NCBI GenBank assembly: GCA_026914245.1
Contig: CP110439.1
Span: 4,898,001-4,962,000 of the forward strand
DNA from: Puccinia triticina
Lineage: Eukaryota
Length of the DNA: 64,000 bases
Direction: 5' to 3'
Both the position numbers and the translations under genes were made by a program. This document shows positions 50,711 to 64,000 of the stretch, in pieces; within the stretch, counting starts at the first letter, position 1; the number at the start of each line of letters is the position of its first letter. The notes beneath the pieces are model-generated. The model had not been told where the DNA came from and did not search any database. It worked only from the letters and a program-made list of their open reading frames with translations.

Positions 50711-52286
50711 TGTAGGGACTCTTGTGGGACACTAAATGTTTATTTGGTGAAAATATCCTCTGAGGGGGAAATAAATTGCTAATAGGTTGAAAGGCTATTA
50801 CAACTTACGGGTGGTTTGAAAGACCTGCCCTTCTAATGGTACTATGCAAATAACTAAGAGTCTTGTAATCAATATTTATAAAGATGTGGCTGATTCCAAG
50901 ATAGATCTTACTTTTGTATAGTAATCTCTATCAGACCTAGATTCCTCAAATCACTATTCTTGCAGATCTGTTACAACTTCTGATGCTGGAGGGATAATGT
51001 AATCCAGTGGGATCAATTATGTAAAATACAATTGTTGTTGATGTTGGGTTGTTGATGAGAAGGTTGGTAATGATCTCTTCCTTAAGCAATCTCTTGATAA
51101 GGCACTTTAATCAATACTAGAGCTCCTGGTTGCTACTACACTACTACTACTTGTTATAATTGTTGTTGATGAAGTTGGTAATAATCTCTTCCTTAACAAT
51201 CTCTTGATAAGGCACTTTAATTACTACTAGAGCTCCTTACTACTACTACTACTACTGACTCAAACTTAACACTACCACTACCACTACCACTACCACTAAA
51301 ATACCACTAAACTACCACTGTAACTAAACTAACCACTGTGACCAAACCTCTGTAGGCTGATGGGGAAAAGATCTGATGAGGGGGGGAAAGAGGCCTCCTT
51401 ATATATTGAAGGGTGAGGGAATTTAGCTCCAGGGGAACTCCTTGTGAGGGCTATTTTCTGCAGGGGATATCAGTTGCACAGCAAGATATGCATGTGTTGC
51501 ACTGCCTGCCAAACAATTAGGTAATGGATTCTGCAGGAGGGGATATCAGTTGCACAGCAATATATGCATGTGTTGCACTGCCTGCCAAAGAATGATGTAT
51601 TTGATTCTGCAGGCAGGCTCCTTGAACACCTTATCTGCCTGCATATGCTGCACTGCATGATATCATGTGTTGCTAGGTGACCCAAACAACCTTCCGTAAC
51701 CTACCATATGCCTGCATGTCCAGCTGTTGCCTTCTTCCATCCAGAATATTGGGGGTCAAAGCCTCTCCTCCCACCTTGCTCCATCCTTCCTTCTTCCTCC
51801 TCCCTAATTAATACTTACATCCATATCCCATCATACTGAATCCTAGACCCTTATAAAGTAATATACCACCCTTATAAAGATAATATACCCTTACACAAGT
51901 AATATACCCTTATAACACTGCCTTACTTGATACACCACACCATCCTCCCTTCCATTCCTGGTTGAGACATGTGCTCCCAATACCTTCCACCTCTTCTATT
52001 GATAACATCCTTCCACCTCCCTGCCATCCTACCTAGTCATGGTCCTCCATTCCATCCCTGATCACGCCGTCCATCCTACATGATCCTAGTCTGCCGTTCC
52101 GTCCGTGCTAACACTATCCCTCATCCATCTGTCTGTATCTGTAATGAATCCATTCCTCCCATCAACACATACACTGCTTGTATTATATATAACTTCCTCC
52201 TCTTATAATGAATGATAGCTGTATCTATGCTGTCTCAATACCTCTGCAATGTGCTTTTGGCATTGTCACGCCAATGGAGCACCACA
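50711..52286 (-). repeat. 5' LTR (1576 bp)
   Basis: Direct repeat of 42797-44372, followed on the minus strand by the PBS. Confidence 0.96.
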
Positions 52287-54477
52287 ACGTTCCGACTCCT
52301 ACCCCAACAATGCAACAGTCCAAGAGAAAACAACCCGCGGCCGTGATTCCCAGTTTGTCTGACAAAGCAGATTATGACTCCGATGGCATCAATCACATTG
52401 GAGTCGGCATTCTCCACAGGCGGAAGAGTACTTGGCAGTAATCAAACACAATTACAACTGACCACTGTTGAAGCCCTCGTATGTGCGCAGAACTGGATAC
52501 GAGCTGATAGTGTGTGATGATGAAGACTTGGATTTGGTATCCCTTGGACCTTCTGGCTCAAAATAGTCTTTATTCTTTTTATTCCACTTGATCTCCTGTT
52601 GTATATACATGAAAGCTCCAGGACTCAAAATCAATCTCACATTTTTTCTCCTTATTCTCCTTCTTTCATTTTCATTTCTCCTATCTTGTAAAAGGTTGGG
52701 TTGACCCAAGACCTGACCCGGACCCAACCCGACCCGCATCATGCCTAATCGGGTGCGGGTTTGGTCAGCGTATTTGAATATTTGACCCAACCCAACCCGA
52801 CCCAGCATTTATGTTGGGTTGGGTTTGGGCACAGTTTTCCAACCCAAACCCAACCGGTTTACATCCGGGATCTGGGGTTTCTGGGACTTCAAAGTCCCTT
52901 TGACGGAAGATTTGGCGTTGAGAGGACAAAGGCCTCAACCCAGCCGTTCTCGGGATACCTGGGTTATCCGGACGCTTGCACCGGCATCCGGAGGACATTT
53001 GCTGAAGCCATGTGGAGGACATTTGCTGAAGCCATGCGGTCGATAGGACACTTGGGTTGCAAGAACAGCCTGCCCAAGCGTCCAAACAATGTTTTGAGGA
53101 TCCACTTGTTGATAGGATGCCAGGGTCCCTGGGACTGCTTGACAAAACCTCATAAAGACCTTTTCATTAACCAAAACTTCTCCATGACAGCAAGGTCCTC
53201 CAACTTGAGCGTTGCTGGGATGGGATGGTCTGACCAACCAGTTCTGGAGGCTCAGGTTGCAGAAACTTGTTTTTTTTTTTTTTTTTTGCTTTCCTGCGCC
53301 CACCTGCAAAGATGCTTTGCCAAGTGAGCATTTGAGAAGACAATTTGATTTTTTCTTTTTACCTTTGATATTTTTTTTGTGGAACAGTGGAAGCCAACTG
53401 GTTTGCTTAGGTATTAAGTGTGCAATTCCACATCATTGGTATAGCCAGTGTTGTGTAGTATATCTGGGAAGAATCACCTCAGAAGGAAGCCTTCTGGGAG
53501 GAATGGGCTGTGGGTTCAAGCCCGCGGGAGTTCCTTTTGTCTATCTGCACATACAGGATTAACCTGTTGCCAACTTTGTGGGCTCAATCCCTTGACGCAC
53601 TTCTAGAGCAGAGAGGGGAAGGCGTCAACTTGACGTTGCCGGAGTGATTGGCAAACAAAGGTGCAGAACCCTTGTTGGTCCAACAACATTGGCGCGCCCG
53701 CCCCTCCTTGCCGGGATGCGGTTGTGACAACCAATCCTTTCGTGGTAATTATTGACCGCGAACGTTGCCCCCTGCGGAGGAAAGCAAAGGTGGAGTGTCA
53801 ACAGAACGTTGACCTGCTCCTGTGGTGTAGCCTTCAGGAGTTTCAAAGTCCAAGGGCTTGTCGGCTTGGCTGGGCATGCTGGCCGGTGGGAATCCTGCTC
53901 AGCATTCAGGCTGGCACCCAAAAAGTGCCCCCCAGGTACGGGTGGTTGGGGTGGGGCCAACACCCCGCCTGAACCCCCGGGTGGTTTGGCAGTACTTAAT
54001 GGGCGGGCTTGGGAGGTTGAGTGTAGCAAGATAACAGGTTTCAGTGCTCCGATGAGGCGAGCAATGTGTGCCTAGAGGCAAGGAAGGTAGACAGGGGAGC
54101 ATGTGGAGTGAAAAACAACTTGATTGGAGTAAAAAAAAAGTGTATGGACTAATTTATATGAGTGTTGGGAGAAAAAATGCATGGGGAGAGAGGGATGAGG
54201 AACTATATTGGGCTGTCAAGTAGCTGATACCATCCCTTGAGACACAGTAACTGCTTGATGGTTTCAGGATCAAGTGATGCGCGCTGCCAAGGGACTACCC
54301 AACAACCTTTAGAGAAGACTCTCTCCAAGGCTGCACTTGTAGCCAGAATGGCCAAGTAGCGCCAAGCCATCTTTGACAAGATTGAATATTTTGATTGTTG
54401 GCCAGACCAGTACTTCAAGATTGGTGTTCCTTCACGTTTGAGATTTTCTTTGAGATAACAATCAATCTCTGCCTCAA

Positions 54478-54953
54478 TAAAGATGGCATTTGGCACCTGC
54501 CACCTGTTATTTTCACTCAGACAAGCACTTGGTACCGCACCTGGCACCGCCTGGCAAGTGTCTGGCTGGTGCGGGCGGTACTTGAGGTGGGTACCAGTGG
54601 TACCCGCAGCGCTGAAGGTGTCCAGTTTCTGGGCAAAAAAAAATGGGTACCCGCCCAACCTGTTGGGTCAGAGATTGGGTCAATAGATTGGCAGCCCAGC
54701 GGGAGCACCACCCAATTTATGTAGCCTGGGAGCTCCGGGCACAGGAATCAGCAGGATGTTACAACAAAAATCCCCCGCTCAAGGCCCCACAGCTCCTGGG
54801 GTATAAGGCGGGTACCGCTACAGGTACCCGGGTACCTGCTTGTTTTGGAGACAAAGCAGACACCAAACACTGCACCCGGCACCGCCCGGCGGGTGTCTGG
54901 CTGGTGCAAGCAGTACCTGCCCGCGGGTGCCGGGTACCAAAGTGCCATCTTTA
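54478..54953. mobile_element. hAT-type MITE with TIRs related to 23440-24156
   Basis: TIRs TAAAGATGGCA / TGCCATCTTTA; 8-bp TSD TGCCTCAA and TGCCTTGA; GGTACC subterminal motifs. Confidence 0.88.
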
Positions 54954-55517
54954 TGCCTTGACTGTGTCCAGCTCATTTGTTGGTTTGTATAATTCAGAAG
55001 AGAAGAAGCTAGATGTCTTCTTCTTTGAACCCAGGTTTGACTGGGTTTGCTGAAGGGGATTGGGCATATCATCAAAAGTCTTTGCAACCCCACGGAAAAT
55101 TGTGAGGATTGCCTCAACTGGCATATCGTAGTGCTGCTCCATAAAGGCTTTGTTTCTTTTCTAGACGGCAGTCTTGAAGGTTGAACATATGTAGCTTGGT
55201 TTGCCGAGTGCGGAGAGGAGGTAGCTTTTGATCTTGTTGATGATCTGGGTGGCAGGTTGGATGAGCTGTGCTTGGTCATATAGACCACGTTGAACTCGCT
55301 TCAAGTGCTTCATCAAGACTATGTAGACAGGGAGTGCGGTGTTTAAGGTTGGGTAGTTGGATCCACAGAGCATTTGTGTTGATTCGTTAAGAGGCTCTAG
55401 CAAGCGCATCAGGTTAGCTGCTTGATCCCATTCTGACATGGATAAGATGAATGATCTTGTCTCAGAAGTCTTGTTTATTGAAATTTTGAAAAGTATGGTA
55501 TGAGTGAAGTGGGTATT

Positions 55518-56379
55518 TGTCAGCCTTAGAGTCATCACAGCTGACCTAAAGTCTGCCTTTATCTACTTATTACATATAAATTACTTTATATCTTTTCCAT
55601 CTTAAGAGATATCCTTGTTCTGACTTCATATTCTGTTTCCTCATGCAATTTTAACCCTAGTTACAACTTACCAATTCCTTGTAACTCTACTCCTTCCCTG
55701 AGTTCTTGAGTTGTGATGCGCATGCGCAGTTGTGACGTGTCAGCGCTACCAGGCGCGCCAAACCACATGTACATATGTAATTACATAAGCAAACTATGAA
55801 AATTTTTGAATTCAGGATCCCCCTTGCCTGAGGAGGATCTACAGACTTCAGACCACCCAGAACCACGCCGTAGATAACCCAGGATCACCCCACAAGAGGA
55901 TACCACGCTCCTAGTACACCTACCGTCACAGGCGCCTAGGTTATTGACAGTAAGTATACTCTTCTTTTGAACCTTGATTATCCAGAGTGATTTCTCTGTG
56001 TCTCTTTATTGCTTTCACATCAACCCTGCTCAAGATCAAAGGTTACTCTGTTAATCCTAGACTCAGTCTAAAAATCAGAGCAGATTAGTATTACTATTCT
56101 GTGTCCCCCCACCGTCTCTTTGGTGCGCGCGGAGGCTGTAGCCCCTGTTGGTCTGGCACAGCTGTCCTTATCACTTTTCCAGGTGATTCAAGTTGACTTT
56201 TGAGGATCCTCCTATAAGGAGTAGATAGACCCCCTCCAGATCATACATATCTCTTTCTTTTTCTCTTTCTTTCCTTTTCTCTTTTACTCACTGTTTGTAG
56301 TTCTTTATCCCAAGAAATACAACCAGTTTCCCCCATTTTTTCTTGTGTCCTGTAGCCACTATAGAGGCTCAGGCTCACA
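55518..56379. mobile_element. Solo LTR (862 bp)
   Basis: TGTCAGCC...GGCTCACA termini and a perfect 5-bp TSD GTATT (55513-55517, 56380-56384). Confidence 0.88.
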
Positions 56380-56398
56380 GTATTGAACCCACAATGTC

Positions 56399-56426
56399 AT
56401 GTACTGTGAGAGTTGAACTCACATAA

Positions 56427-56467
<41 letters not shown>

Positions 56468-56469
56468 AC
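56399..56469 (-). pseudogene. Degenerate tRNA-Met(CAT)-like sequence (tRNA pseudogene or SINE head)
   Basis: Minus strand: acceptor GTGTACT/AGTACAT, D arm GCTC-AATGGTTA-GAGC, CTCATGA loop with a defective anticodon stem, T arm GTGAG-TTCAACT-CTCAC. Confidence 0.65.
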
Positions 56470-57716
56470 ATTGCAATATAGAAATGAGTTTGAGTTGATG
56501 ACACACATAATATGCAAGAGGTTGCAAACTAAGTGCATTTAACATTGGCATTGTGGTACGCTGCAACTGACAGTTACACCCATGAAAGCAGTTGAGTTTG
56601 GGGCTGTCCATGCGTCCTGGGTAAAACTGATGAAATTCTGGCGCTGGAGATATTGAGCCTTCATCTTTTCTTGAGAATGGAGATACACCCTTGTCAGGTG
56701 AAATCCTGGCGCTGGAGATATTGAGCCTTCATCTTTTCTTGAGAATGGAGATACACCCTTGTCAGGTGATTTGCCATAGTCTTTTGATTGATGGGGTCCA
56801 TCAACTTTGCCACTTCTTCATTCACAAGTCTAATCAAGTTTTTGAACAAAGGCCTATCCACAACCAAAAAGGGGAGATTGGTCTTGGCAATAAAGTAAAT
56901 CAAAGCTGTCTTCAGGGACTCTTGGTTCAACTGTAACTAAAAAAATTGTGGGGCCTTCAGCATAACTGATACAAAGAAAACCCAAAAGTTGCCGGAGATT
57001 TACCTTTGGGGCCAGCTGATTAGTCTTGGTCCACCATCCAATGTCAGTTTGAGATTTGTCAATCTTTTCACTGAGCTTTGGATCAATGTGTCAATGGATA
57101 TTTTGAAGGTGTTTGTGGAAGTTTTTTGTGCTGCTACTTCAATCCTTTTTCAACTTTGCGCCACAAATCTTGTTAGTCTTACCCACAAATTGGCAGACTG
57201 CATGGGTTCCAGATTCAGTTTCTTTGAAATAGGTCCACACCCAACTGCGCTTCGCAGAATGAGCTTGAGATTGGCTGGATTTTTCTCCTTCATCTTCAAC
57301 ATCGATCTCAATAACATCGGGGTGGTTCGAGGTGGAACTGGTGGAATTTCCAGCGCCAGCGGGAGCAGGGTGGGATGTTTTCTTGCGCTTCATCGTGACT
57401 GAGGGTGCTAAAGATTGTCAAGCCTGCGAGTGCACGGCCTCAACTCCGCTGTAGCTCAGGGGCAAAAAAAAATCTGTTCCACCCGGGTGGTTTCGGATGC
57501 GGGGTTCGGGATGAGGTTGACCCCCCGCCCGAGCCCCCGGGGGCCAGCCTTGGATGTTCTCGGTGGTTGAGTGACTCGTCTGGCCCAGGGTGAGGAGGGG
57601 TGAATGAGGGGGAGATGGCGTGACAAGAAGCCTCTGCCCAGGCGCTTCTCGCCCGGAACCACACGGACCGACAGCAACCAGCCAGCACAACGCCCGTCGC
57701 CCGCCAGAACGAGACG

Positions 57717-59146
57717 ATGCCTGGAGACTACCAGACGGCCGAACCGCCCGGGCTCGGCCACCTGCCCACCCTGCTGGCCCGGCTCCTGCGCCAGGCCCAC
57801 GCCGACGAGCAGACCCGGGGGGCGCTGCTCTGCGACCCGCGCGTGCGGCACATCGGGACGAGCTCGGACAAGGCCCGGCTGGGCGCGGGCGACTGGGCGT
57901 GGGGATGCGGATACCGCAACCTGCAGATGCTGTTCTCGGCCATCCTCGCCCGTCCGGCCTACCGCCAGCCGCTCGCATCCCACCCGCTCCTCGCCCCCGC
58001 CCTCCACGCCCCGCCACCGCACGGCCCCCTCGGGATCCCTAGCATCGCGCGCTGGCAGCAGATCATCGAGGACGCCTGGGCCGCCGGCTTCGACCCCGAC
58101 GGCGCCGCCCATTTCCACCGCCGCCTGGTCGGCAAAAAACAGTGGATCGGAACCACCGAGGTCTACGTCGCTCTTTGCAGGTTGGGCCTCAGGTCCGTCC
58201 GTTCGTCCCTCTGCGTCCGGTTCATCCACGCTGCTCATCGGCCCGCCGGCTCCTCTCAGATGCCAAATCGTCGACTTCCCGTCCCCCAGCGGCCCGAACG
58301 GCCAGCATACCAAATTGATGCAATGGATCGAAAGTGAGTCACCAAATAAAACCCTCTCATCTTCCAGAACATTCATCCAAACTAATGTAGAAAGAAATTG
58401 ATGGTGATGATGATGATGATGCGTAGATTACTTCAGATCTGCTTCCAACCCGGCTGACAAAGTCCGTGTCTTTGGCCCCGAAAAGCGCTGCCTAAGATGA
58501 TGAGAATGAGCAGAAGGAAAGGCTGAGACAGGGACTGTGGATGCTGAATAGGGCCCATCCGCGATCACGACGACGACGCGGTTCCCGCTATACTTCCAGC
58601 ACGACGGGCACAGTCGGACGATCATTGGGATCGAGACGGACGCCAAGCTCCAGCCGCAGCTGCTCATCCTGGACCCAGCGAAGTGCCTCCCCACCCCATC
58701 GATCTGTCTCGCTGTCGTACTAACCTGGCCCCCATCTTCGGGCGTGTGCGTGTGTGCAGGAAGGTGGCCCCGCCGTTAAGAAAGCTCTCCGAGCAGATGT
58801 CGGCCGCCGAGAGCGCCCCGGCCCAGCCCGGGCGTCCCGTAGACACGACCACCCCGGCCTCCGCCGGCTCCGTCGGCCCCACGCGCGCCCGGAAAGCCCC
58901 CGAGCTCGACCTGCACGCCCATCCGAAGCTGCTCGGCGCCCACCGGCTGACCCTGAAAGAGCTCAGCAAGAAGAAGCAGTACCAGGCATGCACCCGTCCC
59001 TGAGATCTCCCATCGTCCGCGCCTGACCCCTTCTTGCGTCCACGGCTCAACAGATCCTCTACGTCCTTGACCACGTGCCCAAGCCAGCTACCGCCGACCC
59101 CGACCAGCCCAAGTTCCACACCATCCGCTCTCTGCGGATCGTCTGA
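57717..59146 (+). CDS. Peptidase C78 deubiquitinase of the ZUP1/ZUFSP/Mug105 type; exons 57717-58192, 58260-58333, 58427-58461, 58552-58682, 58760-58985, 59054-59146 (344 aa)
   Basis: WGCGYRNLQML catalytic Cys motif, IEDAW..GFDP, WIGTTEV, PLYFQHDGHSRTIIG, LLILDP, QYQIL. The exons splice in frame. The start codon is uncertain. Confidence 0.88.
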
Positions 59147-59889
59147 CTTCTCCTTAGCCCCCCCTCTCTCTCCTCGTATCCTCCACATCGATTTTAGGCT
59201 GCCCTGTTCCTCCTCCCTGGGCGAGCCATCCCATCCCACACATCCAACAAACGGGCTCACGCTTTCCGAAACATTTGTCCGAGCTTGCTGAAACAAATCA
59301 AGGACTGCTGGTGCGGCTCGATGCAGCTAGCTTGCATAAGCAACACGAACCAGCAGGATGTTCGCACCGCTCAGGCCTAGATACATACCTCATTTCCAGC
59401 AATGCCTTTACAGTTGGTGTGTTGCTGAAGGGCCTGCTTAAGCAAGAATTCCTCGAAGTTTACGTAGGAAGCGTGCATAATAAGCAGTCAAACTGCATAT
59501 GCAGGAAATTCATTGGTTTTGATGCAATGTGACCCCCCCCCCCCCCCCTCCATCTTGAACCTTCTTGCACCACATGTTCCCATTTTCTATTTTGCTCCTG
59601 CTCGTAAAGGATTTGCCGAGATTTGCCGGTGGTGTGGCAGGGCAGAGCATTTGGAAGCGTGGTGCCCGGTGGTATGGCGTCCCCTATCATCCACGGGCTT
59701 CCGTCCATTTCTCTCCAAACTCAAAACATTAGCTGAACCATGTCACAGCCTTACGTTTCACTCGGGCACCACGAAAGTCTCCTTGCAGCCATAGCGTGAA
59801 GAGATAGGTACACAATCACTTTGGCTACTGGCTCCAGTTTGTCATCTAGCGCACCATTGGACTAAAATAGTAGATACTTGGACGAGGAC

Positions 59890-60599
59890 ATGATCATAAG
59901 CAAGAAAGCTTTATTTTACATGGCTCTGTACACGCTAGGGGCCAGTCAACTGTTACTATGTGCTCCTACGGAAAGCTTGAGTAAGATATTTGCTGATATC
60001 TCTCGCTATACGGATCTTCTCTCATTCAATACTCTGACTGGCTTGGCCATGCCTCGCATTTCGGTGCGTCCCTATAGACGATGCCCGATCCGTCAGTCGT
60101 GAGCATTTCGCCGACGGCCTTCTCAAGGCTCAGATGGGGGAGAACGGCGAAGGTAAACAACGCCATGTCCTATGTTCCCTTGCGAAAACTTACCAACTAA
60201 CTGTTTGGATGTTGAGCAGCTAGTCGTACCGTCGCAGGATCGGCGAGGCGCCAAGAATCGGGACCCGTGGAGCCGGAAGGCCGTGCCGATGGCCCGCAGA
60301 AAGCACTTCTTCGGGCCCCCCAGACTAACGACAGAGGATTGACCGACATGGAAATGGGAGGTTTACGAATGCGGCGATTCCTGAAGACCGTCCATAACAG
60401 AATAACGAGGCAGGGAGGCGTTACGCGGCAAGACAAAGAGGACTGGGCAAGGCTCGCGGTCGGCTATCGCCAGTGGATGGCCCAGGCACATCCGTCCGGG
60501 CTGGTGGCCCCTGCGGTCGATGAAGCCGTGCTGCAGACATTCATCAGGGCGATGACCGACCTGTCTGAGATGCCACTTCAACCTGAAGAAGCCTCGTGA
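59890..60599 (+). CDS. Small putative secreted protein (181 aa); exons 59890-59980, 60078-60152, 60220-60599
   Basis: Two GT-AG introns join an uninterrupted frame. The N-terminus MIISKKALFYMALYTLGASQLLLCAP looks like a signal peptide. Confidence 0.7.
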
Positions 60600-62633
60600 C
60601 TCAGCTGGTCGCCTCCCGCGAGATTCGTGTGTTGGTTCAACAGCTTCACTCTTGCCTCGACAGAAAGCAGGATAAGATCAACAAAAGGCATCAATTCTTG
60701 ACCAACAATCCAGCACTCCCTCAAAACCATAGCCCAGTTCTTGCTTCTCTTCTCCCCAGAATCTCGCTGGCTTTTGTCTTTGTGGTTCCACTTAAGCTTG
60801 AACAATTCCAGATTTTCAGTGTGCTAAATTTATGGGTTTGGGGCATACACCCCCGTGAAAGTTTTGGTTTTCTGTCCAGCACACAGCTCCAAGCCTGTGC
60901 TGTCACCCCCCTCTGTCATACAAGCCACGGAATGCTGTGAGGATTTGTCACTCAGCCCCAAAAGGAGCAAAAACCTGGACTTCAATGTCAGCAATGCTGA
61001 AAGGACACGGCCAGGGATCGGTATTGCCAGGTGTGGTACTACCTGATTTGGCCAGAAACCAGTGCAGTATCCAGGTACTGCTTGGTACCCTGGCCCAGAA
61101 TGACTATCTCTAGTACACCAGCAGAAGTTACTGGCAAGATTGTGACTTTACCTAAACATCTTGTGTTTGAAGAAACACCTGCCATATCAAGCCCTGATGT
61201 CATGGACTACACACTCCTGGTTTGAAAGGCTGGAGATCCAAGCTCCTTCCCCATCCTGCAATCTACCATATTGGATCCAAAACCCTCATACTATCTCTTC
61301 CTCTCCACAGATCAGACCTGAAAAATGTCTGGAATTTCTTCCTTTTCTGAAACCTCAAAGGAGCCTGGAGTCATTGTCTCAACAGAACAGCAGGAATACC
61401 TTTGTCTGGCTACTCCAACCACAAGGATATCCTTACAGAGGCAGCCTTTTACATAAAAAAAATCAAAGATAACAATATCAGTACATACATAAATATGCAA
61501 GTGTTGGAAACATCAGACTGGTTGGATACAAGTCAACATTTATTATCCTAAATGTTTGCTTGCAGGAAGCAGAAATGTGACCAGGTGCAACTTTCCAGCC
61601 CCTGTCCAGGTTCCAACTACAAGCTGCTTTTTAAAATCTTCAACACCCTGGGTGGAAGTCCGGTTGACTTGAAAGATAATTGTCCAAGATTTGGTATCCT
61701 GTTTATACAGTTATTGATTGGATACCCATCAAAGCTATGCAAAAACACAAAACAAATGAAGTTGAACAAATTTGTATGAGGGAGTCTTTGTGGAATATTG
61801 TGCTAAATTAATCATTCAAATTGAGGATAGTAGATGACTTCTTGTTGTGATCTGGGAGGCTTGCAGAAGTGATCTAGAGCCCAAAAATCTGGATTTCCCT
61901 GCAAAATCTTGGGTCTAAATCAAAACCTGTGGGGGTCCCAGATTGCACAGGAAGTTCTCCAGTCTTCAACAGCCTCTAATAGGATCCGTTGAAGCCCCTG
62001 GCATTGCTTGGTGGTCAGTGGTGCCTATCAAATCATAAATTTGACTCTTTTGGAGACCTTAAGTTAAAATCACAATAGTTTTCAATTAACTGGAAGCATT
62101 GAGGTGTACTATTGCAAGTTTGAGTGTAGACCCATTTTTTTTTTAAAAAAAAAACTGGGGGACATTTTGTCAAACTTTCAGTCTCTTGCAGAAAAAGTTT
62201 GTTCCATGGGCGCCCCAATAACTTTAGGAATGCGCAGGTGACAGTACACCCAACGTGACCCCAGAAATGGTCTCCAAATGGACCCGGCACCCCACATTCC
62301 TCTCTGGGTTTCCCTCTTAAGACTCATTGGCCTCAAATCAACGGAATGTCACATCGGTGATCTGTTGTATGAGCTTTCTTTTTCTGATTTCTCGAACGGT
62401 GATACTCCTTATTTGGTCTGCTTTTGGTCGCAAGAAGTGCGGTTTCTGCTCTCGTTCCATTCCAACAAACATACAATGCCACCTAATTCACAAGAGGGAT
62501 ATCAGCAAGAGGCGGAGAAGGGTTTTAACGTTGTGTACATCTGATATTGATTGATATCAAGGTTGTCATTATGGTCAAGTTCGTAGTAGAAAATCAAACA
62601 GGCCGAAGACGATAACCTATCCTTTTAAGAAAA

Positions 62634-64000
<1,367 letters not shown>

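Larger units (their letters stand above)
42797..52286 (-). mobile_element. Non-autonomous gypsy-type LTR retrotransposon (gag and protease only)
   Basis: 1576-bp LTRs at 42797-44372 and 50711-52286; 4-bp TSD ACGT (42793-42796, 52287-52290); PBS TGGTGTCCCAAC just inside 50711; PPT AAGTTGGGGGGGGA at 44373-44386; no RT or integrase motifs seen. Confidence 0.95.
37490..52866 (+). mobile_element. Internally deleted hAT transposon hosting the DIRS-like and LTR insertions
   Basis: Left end CAGAGGATGCAAGTGGG. ACCCG/CGGGT subterminal repeats at 37500-37880 and 52695-52860. hAT dimerisation remnant ESAFSTGGRVL...TVEALVCAQNW at 52401-52517. The right TIR is only partial. Confidence 0.7.
54203..57393 (-). 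pseudogene. hAT transposase fragments
   Basis: BED finger RSWVWTYF..AVC..C..HL..H; first catalytic Asp in FTQDAWTAPN; EWDQA..LLEPL..TQMLCGSNYPTL; dimerisation domain LKYW..YSILSKMA..YLAILATSAALERVFS. Stops, a deletion and a tandem duplication at about 56630-56770 disrupt it. Confidence 0.9.
53907..57552 (-). mobile_element. Decayed hAT transposon with nested MITE, solo LTR and tRNA-like insert
   Basis: Putative TIRs CAGGCTGGCACCC and GGGCCAGCCTTG, GC-rich subtermini, and transposase fragments inside. No TSD resolved. Confidence 0.75.

Noticed and set aside
52867..53900. Possible MITE or decayed gene, including a 24-bp tandem duplication near 52990
   Set aside because: No TIR/TSD pair or recognisable protein motif was found.
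56399..56469. Functional tRNA-Met gene
   Set aside because: The anticodon stem is defective and the sequence sits inside a decayed transposon; kept only as a pseudogene or SINE candidate.

Overview
Eukaryotic, transposon-dense fungal DNA. Short GT/GC-AG introns, the TE families and GC-rich genes suggest a rust fungus such as Puccinia (inference). Most of the window is nested mobile elements: two Ty1/copia elements (one partial), one full-length Ty3/gypsy, one non-autonomous gag-protease-only LTR element with 1.58-kb LTRs, a solo LTR, a deleted DIRS/Ngaro-type element, two decayed hAT transposons, several MITEs and a CACTA foldback element carrying a 173-bp satellite. Host genes are COQ1, a ZUP1/Mug105-like C78 peptidase, the 3' part of RVB2, a 3-exon small secreted-protein candidate, and a TE-split pseudogene spread over about 20 kb. 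The most notable observation is a six-exon, about 387-codon gene on the antisense strand inside the gypsy element, between integrase and the 3' LTR; every intron is canonical and phase 0. Related signals are antisense splice sites in the non-autonomous relative, a promoter/PPT module shared by both gypsy-type LTRs, a spliced reading frame inside the copia LTR, and TpCpG-biased nonsense mutations. All alignments and translations were done by eye.
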